From an uncultured virus (IMG/VR IMGVR_UViG_3300000154_000005) (taxonomy: Duplodnaviria > Heunggongvirae > Uroviricota > Caudoviricetes): DNA of 64,000 nucleotides. The notes under the pieces are model-generated. The model was not told the origin of the DNA and did no database searches. It saw only the letters and a list, made by a program, of their open reading frames with translations. The position numbers were made by a program, and so were the translations under genes. The stretch lies in IMG/VR virus record IMGVR_UViG_3300000154_000005; one strand, given 5' to 3'. Of this stretch, positions 49,142 through 59,219 are shown piece by piece (position 1 is the first letter of the stretch; the number at the start of each line of letters is the position of its first letter).

Positions 49142-50188
49142 ACCACACGGGTTAGTTGCTCTAATAAGTTCAGCCCACCATAGATTATTCTTATCATTAT
49201 ATTCGTCAATTAGAATAAATCCGGGATCTCCATAATCATAAGTAGATTTCATTATCTTATTATATAAATCTCGGGCTTTAACAGTTTTATATACCCTGCA
49301 AATAGCTTCTCTTTTATTTTCAGGTTCAGGAGATTCATAATATAGATGATTTTTATCGTATATTGGCCATTCTTTAGCAATAGTCTTTACTTTAGTCGGA
49401 TCCTCAGCCTTAGACATTGGAAAATATAAATCCCAATCAGCATCATCTTTAACTGCTTCCATAAAATCTTTAGTAATAAGAATGGAAATATTGAACTTGC
49501 GAAGACGACCATCTTCACGTTTAACATTAATAACTTCTTCAATATCAGGATGTGAAATTGAAAACGTCATCATCTGAGCTCCACGTCTACCGCCGGCGCT
49601 ACTAATCGTCCGACACATCGCCTCAAATATGTCGCTAAAACTCAAAGGTCCGGAGGTACTTGCCCCCACACCATTAACCATCGCACCTTTTGGGCGAAGG
49701 GTACTAAATTCATAACCGATTCCGGCACCACTTTTCAGTGTAAGTGCTGCTTGATTCAATACTTTAAAGATACCCTCCATACTATCAGGCATAGTATCTG
49801 AAACTGTGCAATTAATTAGACTTGTCCCTGGTTTATATTCTTCGGCTCCAGCATTAGCCATGATACGACCAGCGCCAAGTAGTCCATTATTTAGTGCCCA
49901 GTTAAATTGTCCTTCCCAGAATGTTACTAAATCAAAATCTCCTTCAGATTTTTTACATCCATTAGGACATGGTACATCTGGAGGTTCTGGGGCTATTAAT
50001 GGCTTTACACATACGCCTGAACCAAAGCATATATTACATTTTACTGGCATATTAACTTCTACACTAGCGACTGCTTTAGCCACTCGTCTAAATGTATCAT
50101 TTACATCTTTATCAACTTGATTTCCATGTAAATCTTTTAATTGATATTTTTGTTCATAAATAACTTTGGATGCATCTTGTAATTTCAA
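49142..50188 (-). CDS. nrdJ: Class II ribonucleotide reductase NrdJa, exon 1
   Basis: AGRIMANAG, SLINCTV, GAGIGYEFSTLRPKG, GGRRGAQM, ATNPCG. Confidence 0.93.
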
Positions 50189-50226
50189 ATTTTAAATCCT
50201 TAAAATAAAAAGAGGTATTACCCTCT

Positions 50227-50859
50227 TTAAAGTTTATATTGTTCTAATTCACTTTCAATTTCTAATGTGGTTGTAATAACTTGTATATTTTTATTCTTTT
50301 CTATTTTATTATATAGCGCATCTATAAATTCAGAATCTGTAAGTAGCTTTAGAAACTCTCCATGATGTAATTTAGTAATACTTCTTAATACATAATGGGT
50401 TGATTCTTCTTTTGTATGATCTCGTTTCCAATATTTAATATCAGCAAGGGTGGATGTAATAATATTATCTAATTTTTTAATTTGTTGTTGTTTTTTAAAT
50501 AGTTGCCCTACTGCAAAATTAATAAAAGTATTAGTATCTGACCATTTACTATTTAAAGATCCAATAGTAATAAGGATATCTTTCTTTTCGGATTCTTTTT
50601 CTTTAACTACTACAATAGCATCAACAAAAACAAAACTAGCAAGTGTAATATATATTTCTATACTTGTAACGTCTTTTGTATGTTTAATATTACCTTCACT
50701 ATCAGCCCATACTGTCTCATAATATGTGTGAATACCAACAGGGGATCCTTCAACAACATCTCCAATTCGCCATTCATCCATATTAGAACCGAATCGTTTA
50801 GTCTGGATTTCTAGTTCTCGTCCTTTATATTCAACGATAAACGTATCAAACATTCCCAT
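50227..50859 (-). CDS. Phage hypothetical protein
   Basis: ORF with GAAGG ribosome binding site; MGMFD..QTK N-terminus. Confidence 0.6.
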   Translation of the reverse strand: MGMFDTFIVEYKGRELEIQTKRFGSNMDEWRIGDVVEGSPVGIHTYYETVWADSEGNIKHTKDVTSIEIYITLASFVFVDAIVVVKEKESEKKDILITIGSLNSKWSDTNTFINFAVGQLFKKQQQIKKLDNIITSTLADIKYWKRDHTKEESTHYVLRSITKLHHGEFLKLLTDSEFIDALYNKIEKNKNIQVITTTLEIESELEQYKL

Positions 50860-50912
50860 TTAATTTTTACCTTCCTATTTCAAAATACCCTTAAAGTCAA
50901 TATGTAAATTCT

Positions 50913-51517
50913 TTACTTATCATTTGTTTGTATTCCATGATCAAACCCAGGTTTATAATTATTTTGATTATCTGATTCTTTTAATTTTTCAAATAAATCT
51001 GGATAATTCTTTGATAACCATTCTAAAGCACTACTATTATGTTTTTTATGTGTACATATATTATATAATATGGCCGCCATCGATTCTAAATCATTTTGAA
51101 TACCTTGATAATTATAACATTTAGTTAAGCAATCTGGATTGTTCATGTGTTATTATATCCTTTTCAAATTTAAAGGGAATCAATATACCAATAACTTCGG
51201 TATTTAAACATGCATGATGCCTATAATTCATAGAATACTCAGATTGTGAGGATCTATGTTTAGTAAAAGACTCTGCGGTAACTGCTGAAGTAATAATCAC
51301 TTCTTGACAGTTACCGCATCGCCAATAAACATTAAATCGATGCGACACTTTTAATAGGTAATGTTTTAATCATATCATTACATACTTTAAGAGTTTGTTT
51401 AAAGGTATCCAAGCTATTAGTAGATGTATATAATCCATATACTTGAATATCTTCAACTTCTTGTTTTAAATAATTGATAAAATCTTGCATACCATCATAA
51501 ATGGGGGAATTCGACAA
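50913..51517 (-). other. Three small overlapping hypothetical CDSs (50913-51146, 51121-51348, 51332-51517)
   Basis: Chain of overlapping ORFs downstream of clpS. Confidence 0.5.
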
Positions 51518-51518
51518 T

Positions 51519-51824
51519 CTAGTTCTCCTGCATTGTTACAGTAAATGGATGATTATGCTGTTTAGCATACGTATTAACTTGTTCTACTTTGGTTTCTGCA
51601 ATTTCATGAGTATATAGACCAGCGATACCCTGTCCTTGCTCATGGACATTCATCATAATCTGTTCAGCTACTCCTGCTGATTTTCCAAAGAATTTTTGCA
51701 GTACATCAATAACAAAATTCATAGGAGTAAAATCATCATTCTTTAATATTACTTTCCAGAATGTTGGTTCTTTTACCTTTTTCTTATTCTTCAATTCGGG
51801 TTCTAATACATTTATATCTGACAT
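51519..51824 (-). CDS. clpS: ATP-dependent Clp protease adaptor ClpS
   Basis: KVILKNDDFTPMNFVIDVL..IMMNVHEQG..EIAETKV..HPF. Confidence 0.95.
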   Translation of the reverse strand: MSDINVLEPELKNKKKVKEPTFWKVILKNDDFTPMNFVIDVLQKFFGKSAGVAEQIMMNVHEQGQGIAGLYTHEIAETKVEQVNTYAKQHNHPFTVTMQEN

Positions 51825-51885
51825 ATAAATAATCCTATTTAAGAGTGATTGAATTCCATTATATCTATATCAAATTTATCAATAC

Positions 51886-52566
51886 TCAAGCAGCTTCTTC
51901 AACAGCTTCTTCTGGGATTACAATGTCATTAGTTTTAATAAACTCTGTTTTAAATAAAGGTTCTTTTGCATCTAATTGTTTTCCTGAATATGTTAATGTA
52001 CCATATTGTTGACCATGGACTTCAGCGGTTAATGATTGCCCTTTATTAAGAATAGCAAAACATTCTGCAGTTTCCAAGCTATGTGTAGTATTTACATCCA
52101 TTGCTACAATCTTTGCATTTGTTGTAGAACTAATAGTAACGGCAGAACTAAATGGGACTCTCCACAATACTAGTACACGATCACTATCATCATCTATATT
52201 TTCTCTTGGAGCCACTAATAAATATTTACCAGTTCTCTTACCGGTCTCTTTATCTCTTAAGAATAATACATTAGCTTTATTAATTCTTCGAGTCATACCA
52301 GCATCCGGATGGTTACCATCAGTATTTAGAATTTCACCGCATAAACGACAATTCTTAGATACACCTTCCCCTACTTCTGTAACAAACTTCCCTCTCTGTG
52401 GGCAAATATCAACTTCTTCTGTAATTTGAGGTACATCTTTAGTACCGATTGGCATCCAAGTTGAACGCTTGTCTTTACCTTTTCCAAGTACAATTTTATG
52501 AAAAGGGCTATGATCTATCATTAGGCCATCACTTACTTTATGCTTATTAATTCTATAAATTTTCAT
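51886..52566 (-). CDS. Hypothetical protein
   Basis: ORF with AAGGA ribosome binding site; CxxR..CxxC..H possible Zn site. Confidence 0.6.
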   Translation of the reverse strand: MKIYRINKHKVSDGLMIDHSPFHKIVLGKGKDKRSTWMPIGTKDVPQITEEVDICPQRGKFVTEVGEGVSKNCRLCGEILNTDGNHPDAGMTRRINKANVLFLRDKETGKRTGKYLLVAPRENIDDDSDRVLVLWRVPFSSAVTISSTTNAKIVAMDVNTTHSLETAECFAILNKGQSLTAEVHGQQYGTLTYSGKQLDAKEPLFKTEFIKTNDIVIPEEAVEEAA

Positions 52567-52617
52567 GCTTGATTATCATCCTTAGTCTGATTGACAAATA
52601 AAAAGTGGGGATTCCAC

Positions 52618-53680
52618 TTAAACTTTAATGTTAATACTATGTCCGATTCCTCGGTCAAGTTCTACTTGATTACGAAATTGAACCTGCTCCACGACACTAG
52701 TCGTAGAGCGGGCATCACTTCCATTAGCTACTTCTTGAATTTTCTGGTCTCTTACTTCTTTAATATGATCAATAAGAGACGTCATATTCATATCTTTCCC
52801 ATATAATAATCTCATCTCATTAGTATTTATCTCCATATTATTTATTTAATATATTAAATAATACTATAATATCATTTGTATTCTTTTTATGATTACATGT
52901 TTCGGAAGAATTATTTCCTACTAATTTACCAGTTTTTTGATCATATTTAAGACAATCAGTAGCTAAAAATTTATTAGTAATTGTCTTTGTGTAATACTGT
53001 GTAGCTGTATTATTACCTTTGTTAAATACAACAACTGCAATATATATAGCTATTCCAAAAGCCATAATAATCTTAAATGCGTTCCAAACTAGTTTATTAT
53101 CTTGTTCAGTAGACATACTATAATCCTTCGATTAAGGCTTCAGTAAATTCTTTCCTTCTTTTCATATGTTTAACTGATTCAGTATATAATGTATTATAAT
53201 AAGGTAATTCATCTTTAAAGGCTACTGTTGCTTGCATATGAGTGAGTAACTCTTCCGTTTTAGTAGTCTTTATTCTAGTTCGTTTTAATATTTTATTACA
53301 TTCTTCGAATTTATTATCCGCTAATAATTCAAGATGCTTATCTATGATATTATTAAGTTTATGATCCATTATACAATAATTTTAGGTTTTGGAGGTGTAG
53401 CAATACCTGTAACAAATGTAGTATATGCCGCTTCTAATGTAGTATCCAATGCATATGAAAATAGTACAGATGTTCTAGGTAAATCCATTTTAATACCTTT
53501 CTCACCATTTTTTGCAAACATAGTAAGTGGAGCGAATTCTTTCTTCAATTCTTGAGTCTCTGGATTCTGAGAAACTACAATACTTATCACATTCTTAAGA
53601 ATAATCACTGACTCTTTATCTTCGATAAGGGTGCCAATAATTTCTCTATTATTTGTTAACATGAATGATACAACTTTCAT
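52618..53680 (-). other. Four small hypothetical CDSs (52618-52836, 52838-53116 with a transmembrane helix, 53118-53369, 53369-53680)
   Basis: Contiguous ORF chain ending at terminator hairpin aagtggggattccactt (about 52603-52619). Confidence 0.55.
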
Positions 53681-54174
53681 ATTCTAAAATTCTCCATTAG
53701 TTGGTTAATTGAAATTGGTGTATAATTATGACACATGGTGCCAACATCTACTTGGTTTCTAAGATCTAGATAGGTACCGTGACAATGTCCATGTAAATTC
53801 ATTGAACCATAATGAGAACGATTCCAAGTTGCAAATGGATAATGACAAAGTACAAATACCTGTTTATTATATTTAAGTTCATAATAATCCTTCACCCATG
53901 TAAATCTGGATGAAGAACTATTAAGAGCTGTTTTCTCATGATTACCTTTTAAGAGATAGATAGTGCCGTTCAAACTATTTAAAATTTCTAGGCACTCATC
54001 ACCTCTACCAAATGCAACATCCCCTAAATGGTAAACTTCATCCATGGGGGAGATAACATTATTCCAGTTTCTTATAATACTACTATTCATATCTTCAACA
54101 TCTCTAAATGGTCTATTATCATATTCAATACACTTAGCATGATTAAAGTGAGTATCTGATGTAAAGTAAATCAT
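53677..54174 (-). CDS. Calcineurin-like metallophosphoesterase
   Basis: SDTHF, LGDV, KGNHE, LCHYP, HGHCH. Confidence 0.92.
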   Translation of the reverse strand: MIYFTSDTHFNHAKCIEYDNRPFRDVEDMNSSIIRNWNNVISPMDEVYHLGDVAFGRGDECLEILNSLNGTIYLLKGNHEKTALNSSSSRFTWVKDYYELKYNKQVFVLCHYPFATWNRSHYGSMNLHGHCHGTYLDLRNQVDVGTMCHNYTPISINQLMENFRI

Positions 54175-54368
54175 TCTAATAATTTAATAATTTCATATAT
54201 AATAACGGCAATTCCAATACCTATCATAACTATTAATACAATATCTTCATTTAATTTAGATCCCATATGTTGCCATAACTAATCCAATAACAATAATAAC
54301 ACCTATTATAAATATTATTGGATGGATTGTCCGATTAAATGAAATCAAATCTAGTAATAATTCAAAGA

Positions 54369-57300
54369 TCATAATTTATTAGCCCATATTCTTTCAAAGA
54401 TACTAACATCATCAACAGTACCTGTTTGTAGTTTACGATATAAGTTCTTTATTGTTTTATGATTTGGTTGAAATAGTAAAGATAATGTAGAAGATAAAAT
54501 ACTATGCACTTCTCTAATACTATATTTCTTATATTCAACCCAATCTTTCGGATCAGCACTATTTGCAAGAGCATATCTAAGCACAACATTATCTTTATTG
54601 ACAAACAAATTAGCCAATACAATTTCACAGTAAACAGAATAGATATCACCCACAGAAAGTGTATTAGTAATAAAACTACTATAAGTTTCTGCTAGGTTAG
54701 GGTTCTTATCTGTATTGAGTAGATTGTTGATATCTTGAATGACTTTTGTAATGTCTGAATTGTCTACTTCTCCAGTATTAGAATAACTAAGAATATTATC
54801 ATAATTCGCTGTCTTAACAAAGCCTTCAACTTTCTTAAACTCTTGATATGTATGATTATCTACTTTAATATCGAATATTAAATTACAATGATCATCATAA
54901 TTAACAATTTCAACTAAATGATTTTTAATAAATGTTTCTATATTATTGTTCACTGGTAGTGTAGCACTTCCACTTGTGTGAAATGATCTCATACTTAGCT
55001 GAGTCAGTCGTTCAGCAATATATTGGCCGGCTAATATTCCTACAAATTTAGAGCGTTGTTCATATCTACCAAAACATTTTTGACAAATCTTAAAGTTTGG
55101 AGAGGCACATGTAATAGGACTTCTAAAAGAATAACTATTTCCAACATGTTCTGCTCCACCATCAAATAATACCCAACCAGTATTATTACTATAATATCTA
55201 TTCTTTAGACTTTTAGAATGTCTAATATCTTGTATTTTAATCATAAATCCATGAGTAGAGTTACAATCTTCTTCTGCTATCTCGATGGGAGATAAGTTTA
55301 ATACTAATGATCTTTCCAAGTATCCAGACCGGGGTGTTGCATCATGCTTGTCAACAATACCTTTACGACTTCCATATGATGTTCTGAAAAATTCTTCTTC
55401 AGTTAATCCACTAAGTAGAGCAGTCGTTACTGGTTCTGGTGAGATGATATTTCTATCATCTGCAATATATCCAATAGATACAAGAGATCTTGAAAATTGT
55501 ACTTTATTATATTTAGACTTGGCTAATTTGGCAAGTTTAAACTCTTCCGGAATATTTTTATATGCATCATTTACAAAAGTTTGATGTACTTGATGCCCTA
55601 TATGTGGATTAGATGGTAGATGTTGGAGAAGATGATTCTCACGTGCACTATGTACAATAGTAATTGCTTCGTTAAAAGGTAAAGTTAATGTTTCCTTTGA
55701 ATGAGTAGATACCAACCAACTTAACAATTGATTTACTTTATTTATTCTATTAAAGTAATCTTCATTAGACAAACTATCTTTATGTATTTCTTTCGAAAGA
55801 TCATCAGATGATGATTCTTTAGTTAGTATAATATTATCAAATCCACACCATTTATTTAATAGACATACTCCATATGAATATCTCTTCTTATTAAATAGTA
55901 CTAATTTATTTAACTCTGGTTCTTCATATATTGGTAGTGATTTTAAAGAATCTATAGTGATATATTCTAAATCATTATTTATCTTGGAGTAAGTTAGAAG
56001 AACAAAACTATATTTAGATTCCATTGATAAAGTATTAAGATATGCTGTATTATGATCATATTGAATATTATTTAAAGTGTAAGCATTTTGCGATATTTCT
56101 TGAATAGCTCCTCTATCATGTAACCGATAAAGAGCATATGTATCACCATCAAAGTCAGCATTTAATGGTTGTGTGCTAATAGGGCTAATTTTAATTACAT
56201 TCTCTTCTGTAATTCCAGATACAATAACTCCGGGCATACCGTATCGCCACAATGTCGGTTGTCTGTTTACGAGTACAATTCGTTGTCTATAGTCACTTTC
56301 TCTAAAAAAGTATTCAATAAATTCATCAACATATTCTAATTCATTCGTATATGAATTTTCTGTCTTCGTAACTGATGATAATATCTTCGCTGTCTGAAGA
56401 GTGGCCCATTCATCTTTAAGCATAGTTCTTAAATATCTATAGTATTCTATAAGCCATAGTTTTAAGAATATCTTACGAGGAATTATTATTTCATGAGCTT
56501 TTAAAGTTGGATCTGGTACAATTACTGCTCTGCTACTAAAGTCAATAGATCTACCTAAAAATTGATCCCGAATCAACCCAGTCTTTCCACTAAGAGTTCC
56601 TGTAATATGAGAATATACATCATCGCAATAATAAGTAATTTTACTTGTTAATTGATCAAATGTAATTAAAATATCATCAGTAATTGGAATCCCAATCTTA
56701 TTATCTAATGATTGAATTATCATATCAGTATATTCTCGAATCTGTTGATATGTATCAAACTTAGTGCAATAATGCTTTAGTCTTAGAATTTTAATATAAA
56801 TATTATCTAATTCATGAGTGATCATAGTCATCTTACTATCCTTCTCTACAAGTATAGACATACGTGTATTTGGAGGGACAACTAAAAGATCAAAAAAGAA
56901 ATTAGATAATAGTTCTTCTGCTGATTTAGAAGTAAAGTATACTTGTGCAATATACAATCCTAAATATAATGTAAATAAGCCAGTTATTACTAATGGTATA
57001 CAGTTTCCAGCATCATAATCAGTAACTAATTCCAGTTTATCTGTATCTTTAATATATTGAATATAAAATGATGTAGTTGTTAGTCGATCTGACTGAACCG
57101 GATCTAATATGTGTGCATTCTTCCGCTTTACAAATTTGAGTAGTTTTTGTCTTTCGAGTTTTTTGAGTATTGGAAATGGTAAACTGATTTTAGCAAATCT
57201 AGTATACCTAGAAGCATTATCAATACATTCCACTTTACACTTAATACATCTTTGATTCTCATGAATAACTTTGGAATTAAGATTACCACATGAGCATTTA

Positions 57301-57422
57301 TAAGATTTAACCGGTCCAAAGGCAATTTCAGAAATTAAACCGGCTTGATCTACTTGCGACTTCTTACTATCTAAATATAATTTTGATGATGTAATTTCAG
57401 GTAGATCTTGTTTATTAATCAT
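54369..57422 (-). CDS. rpoC: RNAP-2 beta' subunit (intact)
   Basis: CSCG..CIKC Zn finger, GRSIDFSSRAVI, NRQPTL, NADFDGD, GSRKGIVD, TQLSMRSFHTSG. Confidence 0.95.
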   Translation of the reverse strand: MINKQDLPEITSSKLYLDSKKSQVDQAGLISEIAFGPVKSYKCSCGNLNSKVIHENQRCIKCKVECIDNASRYTRFAKISLPFPILKKLERQKLLKFVKRKNAHILDPVQSDRLTTTSFYIQYIKDTDKLELVTDYDAGNCIPLVITGLFTLYLGLYIAQVYFTSKSAEELLSNFFFDLLVVPPNTRMSILVEKDSKMTMITHELDNIYIKILRLKHYCTKFDTYQQIREYTDMIIQSLDNKIGIPITDDILITFDQLTSKITYYCDDVYSHITGTLSGKTGLIRDQFLGRSIDFSSRAVIVPDPTLKAHEIIIPRKIFLKLWLIEYYRYLRTMLKDEWATLQTAKILSSVTKTENSYTNELEYVDEFIEYFFRESDYRQRIVLVNRQPTLWRYGMPGVIVSGITEENVIKISPISTQPLNADFDGDTYALYRLHDRGAIQEISQNAYTLNNIQYDHNTAYLNTLSMESKYSFVLLTYSKINNDLEYITIDSLKSLPIYEEPELNKLVLFNKKRYSYGVCLLNKWCGFDNIILTKESSSDDLSKEIHKDSLSNEDYFNRINKVNQLLSWLVSTHSKETLTLPFNEAITIVHSARENHLLQHLPSNPHIGHQVHQTFVNDAYKNIPEEFKLAKLAKSKYNKVQFSRSLVSIGYIADDRNIISPEPVTTALLSGLTEEEFFRTSYGSRKGIVDKHDATPRSGYLERSLVLNLSPIEIAEEDCNSTHGFMIKIQDIRHSKSLKNRYYSNNTGWVLFDGGAEHVGNSYSFRSPITCASPNFKICQKCFGRYEQRSKFVGILAGQYIAERLTQLSMRSFHTSGSATLPVNNNIETFIKNHLVEIVNYDDHCNLIFDIKVDNHTYQEFKKVEGFVKTANYDNILSYSNTGEVDNSDITKVIQDINNLLNTDKNPNLAETYSSFITNTLSVGDIYSVYCEIVLANLFVNKDNVVLRYALANSADPKDWVEYKKYSIREVHSILSSTLSLLFQPNHKTIKNLYRKLQTGTVDDVSIFERIWANKL

Positions 57423-57928
57423 TAGTCCCTATTTTTTTAATGGTTCCATCACTCACATCGTATATAATATCATCGATACTAATATTAAACCCTTTTCCAA
57501 TAGGCTTTATTTTCAATAATTTTTTATCTCTAGTTTCTATAATAATAGTATCTGTAACATCTAAAAATTTTAATTCTTTTTTTGTTACGTTCAGTTTCAT
57601 TACGAAATCCTAATAATTAAATTACTTTTCCAATAACCATTTGATCTTTAAGTTTGGCAAGATGAACAATCGCTTCTATAACAATCATACCATCTCTAAC
57701 ATTTAAAATGTGTATTCTTTCGGAAATATCACCTTCTACTTTAATTACATGATAATCTTTATAATTAAGTTCTTTATTAGTGATGGGAATTTCATATAAG
57801 TGAGCTCTAGTTAGTAATAGTTCTTTACTTGTGAGAGCATGTACACTTTTTTGTCCATTAGTAGCAGATATAACGTTAATTTTAGTACCAGGACTAAAAT
57901 CAAGTATTAAACGAGTATCAATATCCAT
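57415..57928 (-). other. Two hypothetical CDSs (57415-57600, 57617-57928) upstream of RNAP-2 beta'
   Basis: ORFs with AGGA ribosome binding sites. Confidence 0.55.
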
Positions 57929-58099
57929 ATTAATTATCCTTTTATGTAAAGTTGAAAAATTATAGGAAAGAACTGGGAGGAGCCCTAAGTTCTTCCTATA
58001 AAAATATAAATGTAAATAACAAAAAAATTACCTTTCAATATATTATATCTATAGGAACATATTTCAAAACGTAGTTGTGGACTTTTTCTATGAACAAAT

Positions 58100-58142
58100 A
58101 TAATAAATTGGACGACACTCTTTCGAATATCGTCCAATCTTT
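58100..58142 (-). terminator. Terminator hairpin
   Basis: attggacgacactc/gaatatcgtccaat inverted repeat with U-rich tail. Confidence 0.7.
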
Positions 58143-58148
58143 AATATA

Positions 58149-58199
58149 TCAGTCAGCCCCAACCCAGCCGCCTGATCCTTCAGTTGATGCTTGAATCAA
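58149..58199 (-). CDS. Candidate 16-aa peptide MIQASTEGSGGWVGAD
   Basis: AAGGA ribosome binding site 8 nt before TTG; promoter motif at 58250-58280; terminator directly after. Confidence 0.45.
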   Translation of the reverse strand: MIQASTEGSGGWVGAD

Positions 58200-58284
58200 T
58201 TATTTAGTCCTTAATTTATTTTTAATAAGGATTCTTATTACTACAATTGATTATATCTATATAAGATTGATGAAAACTTAAATT

Positions 58285-59219
58285 TTAATATAATATTCGT
58301 TCATTATCGTATTTTGGTTTGCGATCTTCTTTATACATCCATTCTTCAATCGCAGCTAGCCTTTCTATAATTGGTTTATTAGCCAATGCCAATAAATATT
58401 GAGATTTCTCTTTTGCCTTTGCTAGTTTCTCGCATTCATTACAAGTAGATGGATCTAGACCACAATATCCAAGTGAATAGGTAACATACTTTTCTTTTTT
58501 ACATACTTTACAGATAATCATCTTCGATACTGCCATTATTTTATTCCTTATAAAAACATATTCAATACAAATATGGCTTCTATTAATATTATAATTTCTA
58601 TTATAATAAATGTGCCCCCATATGATTTAATCTTACTAATGATAGAATCATATGCCTCAAAATGTTTACCTTCTTTACCACAAGACTGATGTTCTAGTCT
58701 AGCAACATTACATGTCATATATTCTCCATTATTATATTTAGTCGTTCCTGTAGTATAATCCGTCTCATTTTGCGGTTCTACACGCCAACCGACATTCTTT
58801 ATATTTTTACATATCATAGTTCGATATTTCATAATAAATAACTGCTTCTTACCAGCCCATCTACAATTTTTACATGCTTTAATCATTAGTAAATACCTTA
58901 TTTATGATAACGTTTGTATTAATACATATATGACCTGTATAAGACTAGCAGATCCCACAGTCAGAAATATGATAAGTGAGAATACAATTATCATATATTT
59001 AAATATTGAATATAGCATTACTCAATCCCAGTCCTCAGCATCTTTTGGTATTTCAGCAAGCACATCTGCCATATTACCAAATTGTTCTTCTAATGCATTT
59101 AAATATTGAATTATTTCATTAATTTTATCTGCTACTGCTTCTATATTATGTTCATTGTGAAATCCTTCGATTTCAAGTCTTAGTTCTTCAATCATTATAA
59201 CCTCATTAGTGAAATACAT
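58285..59219 (-). other. Small hypothetical CDSs (58285-58536, 58548-58886, 59022-59219)
   Basis: ORFs with ribosome binding sites; two are Cys-rich. Confidence 0.5.
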
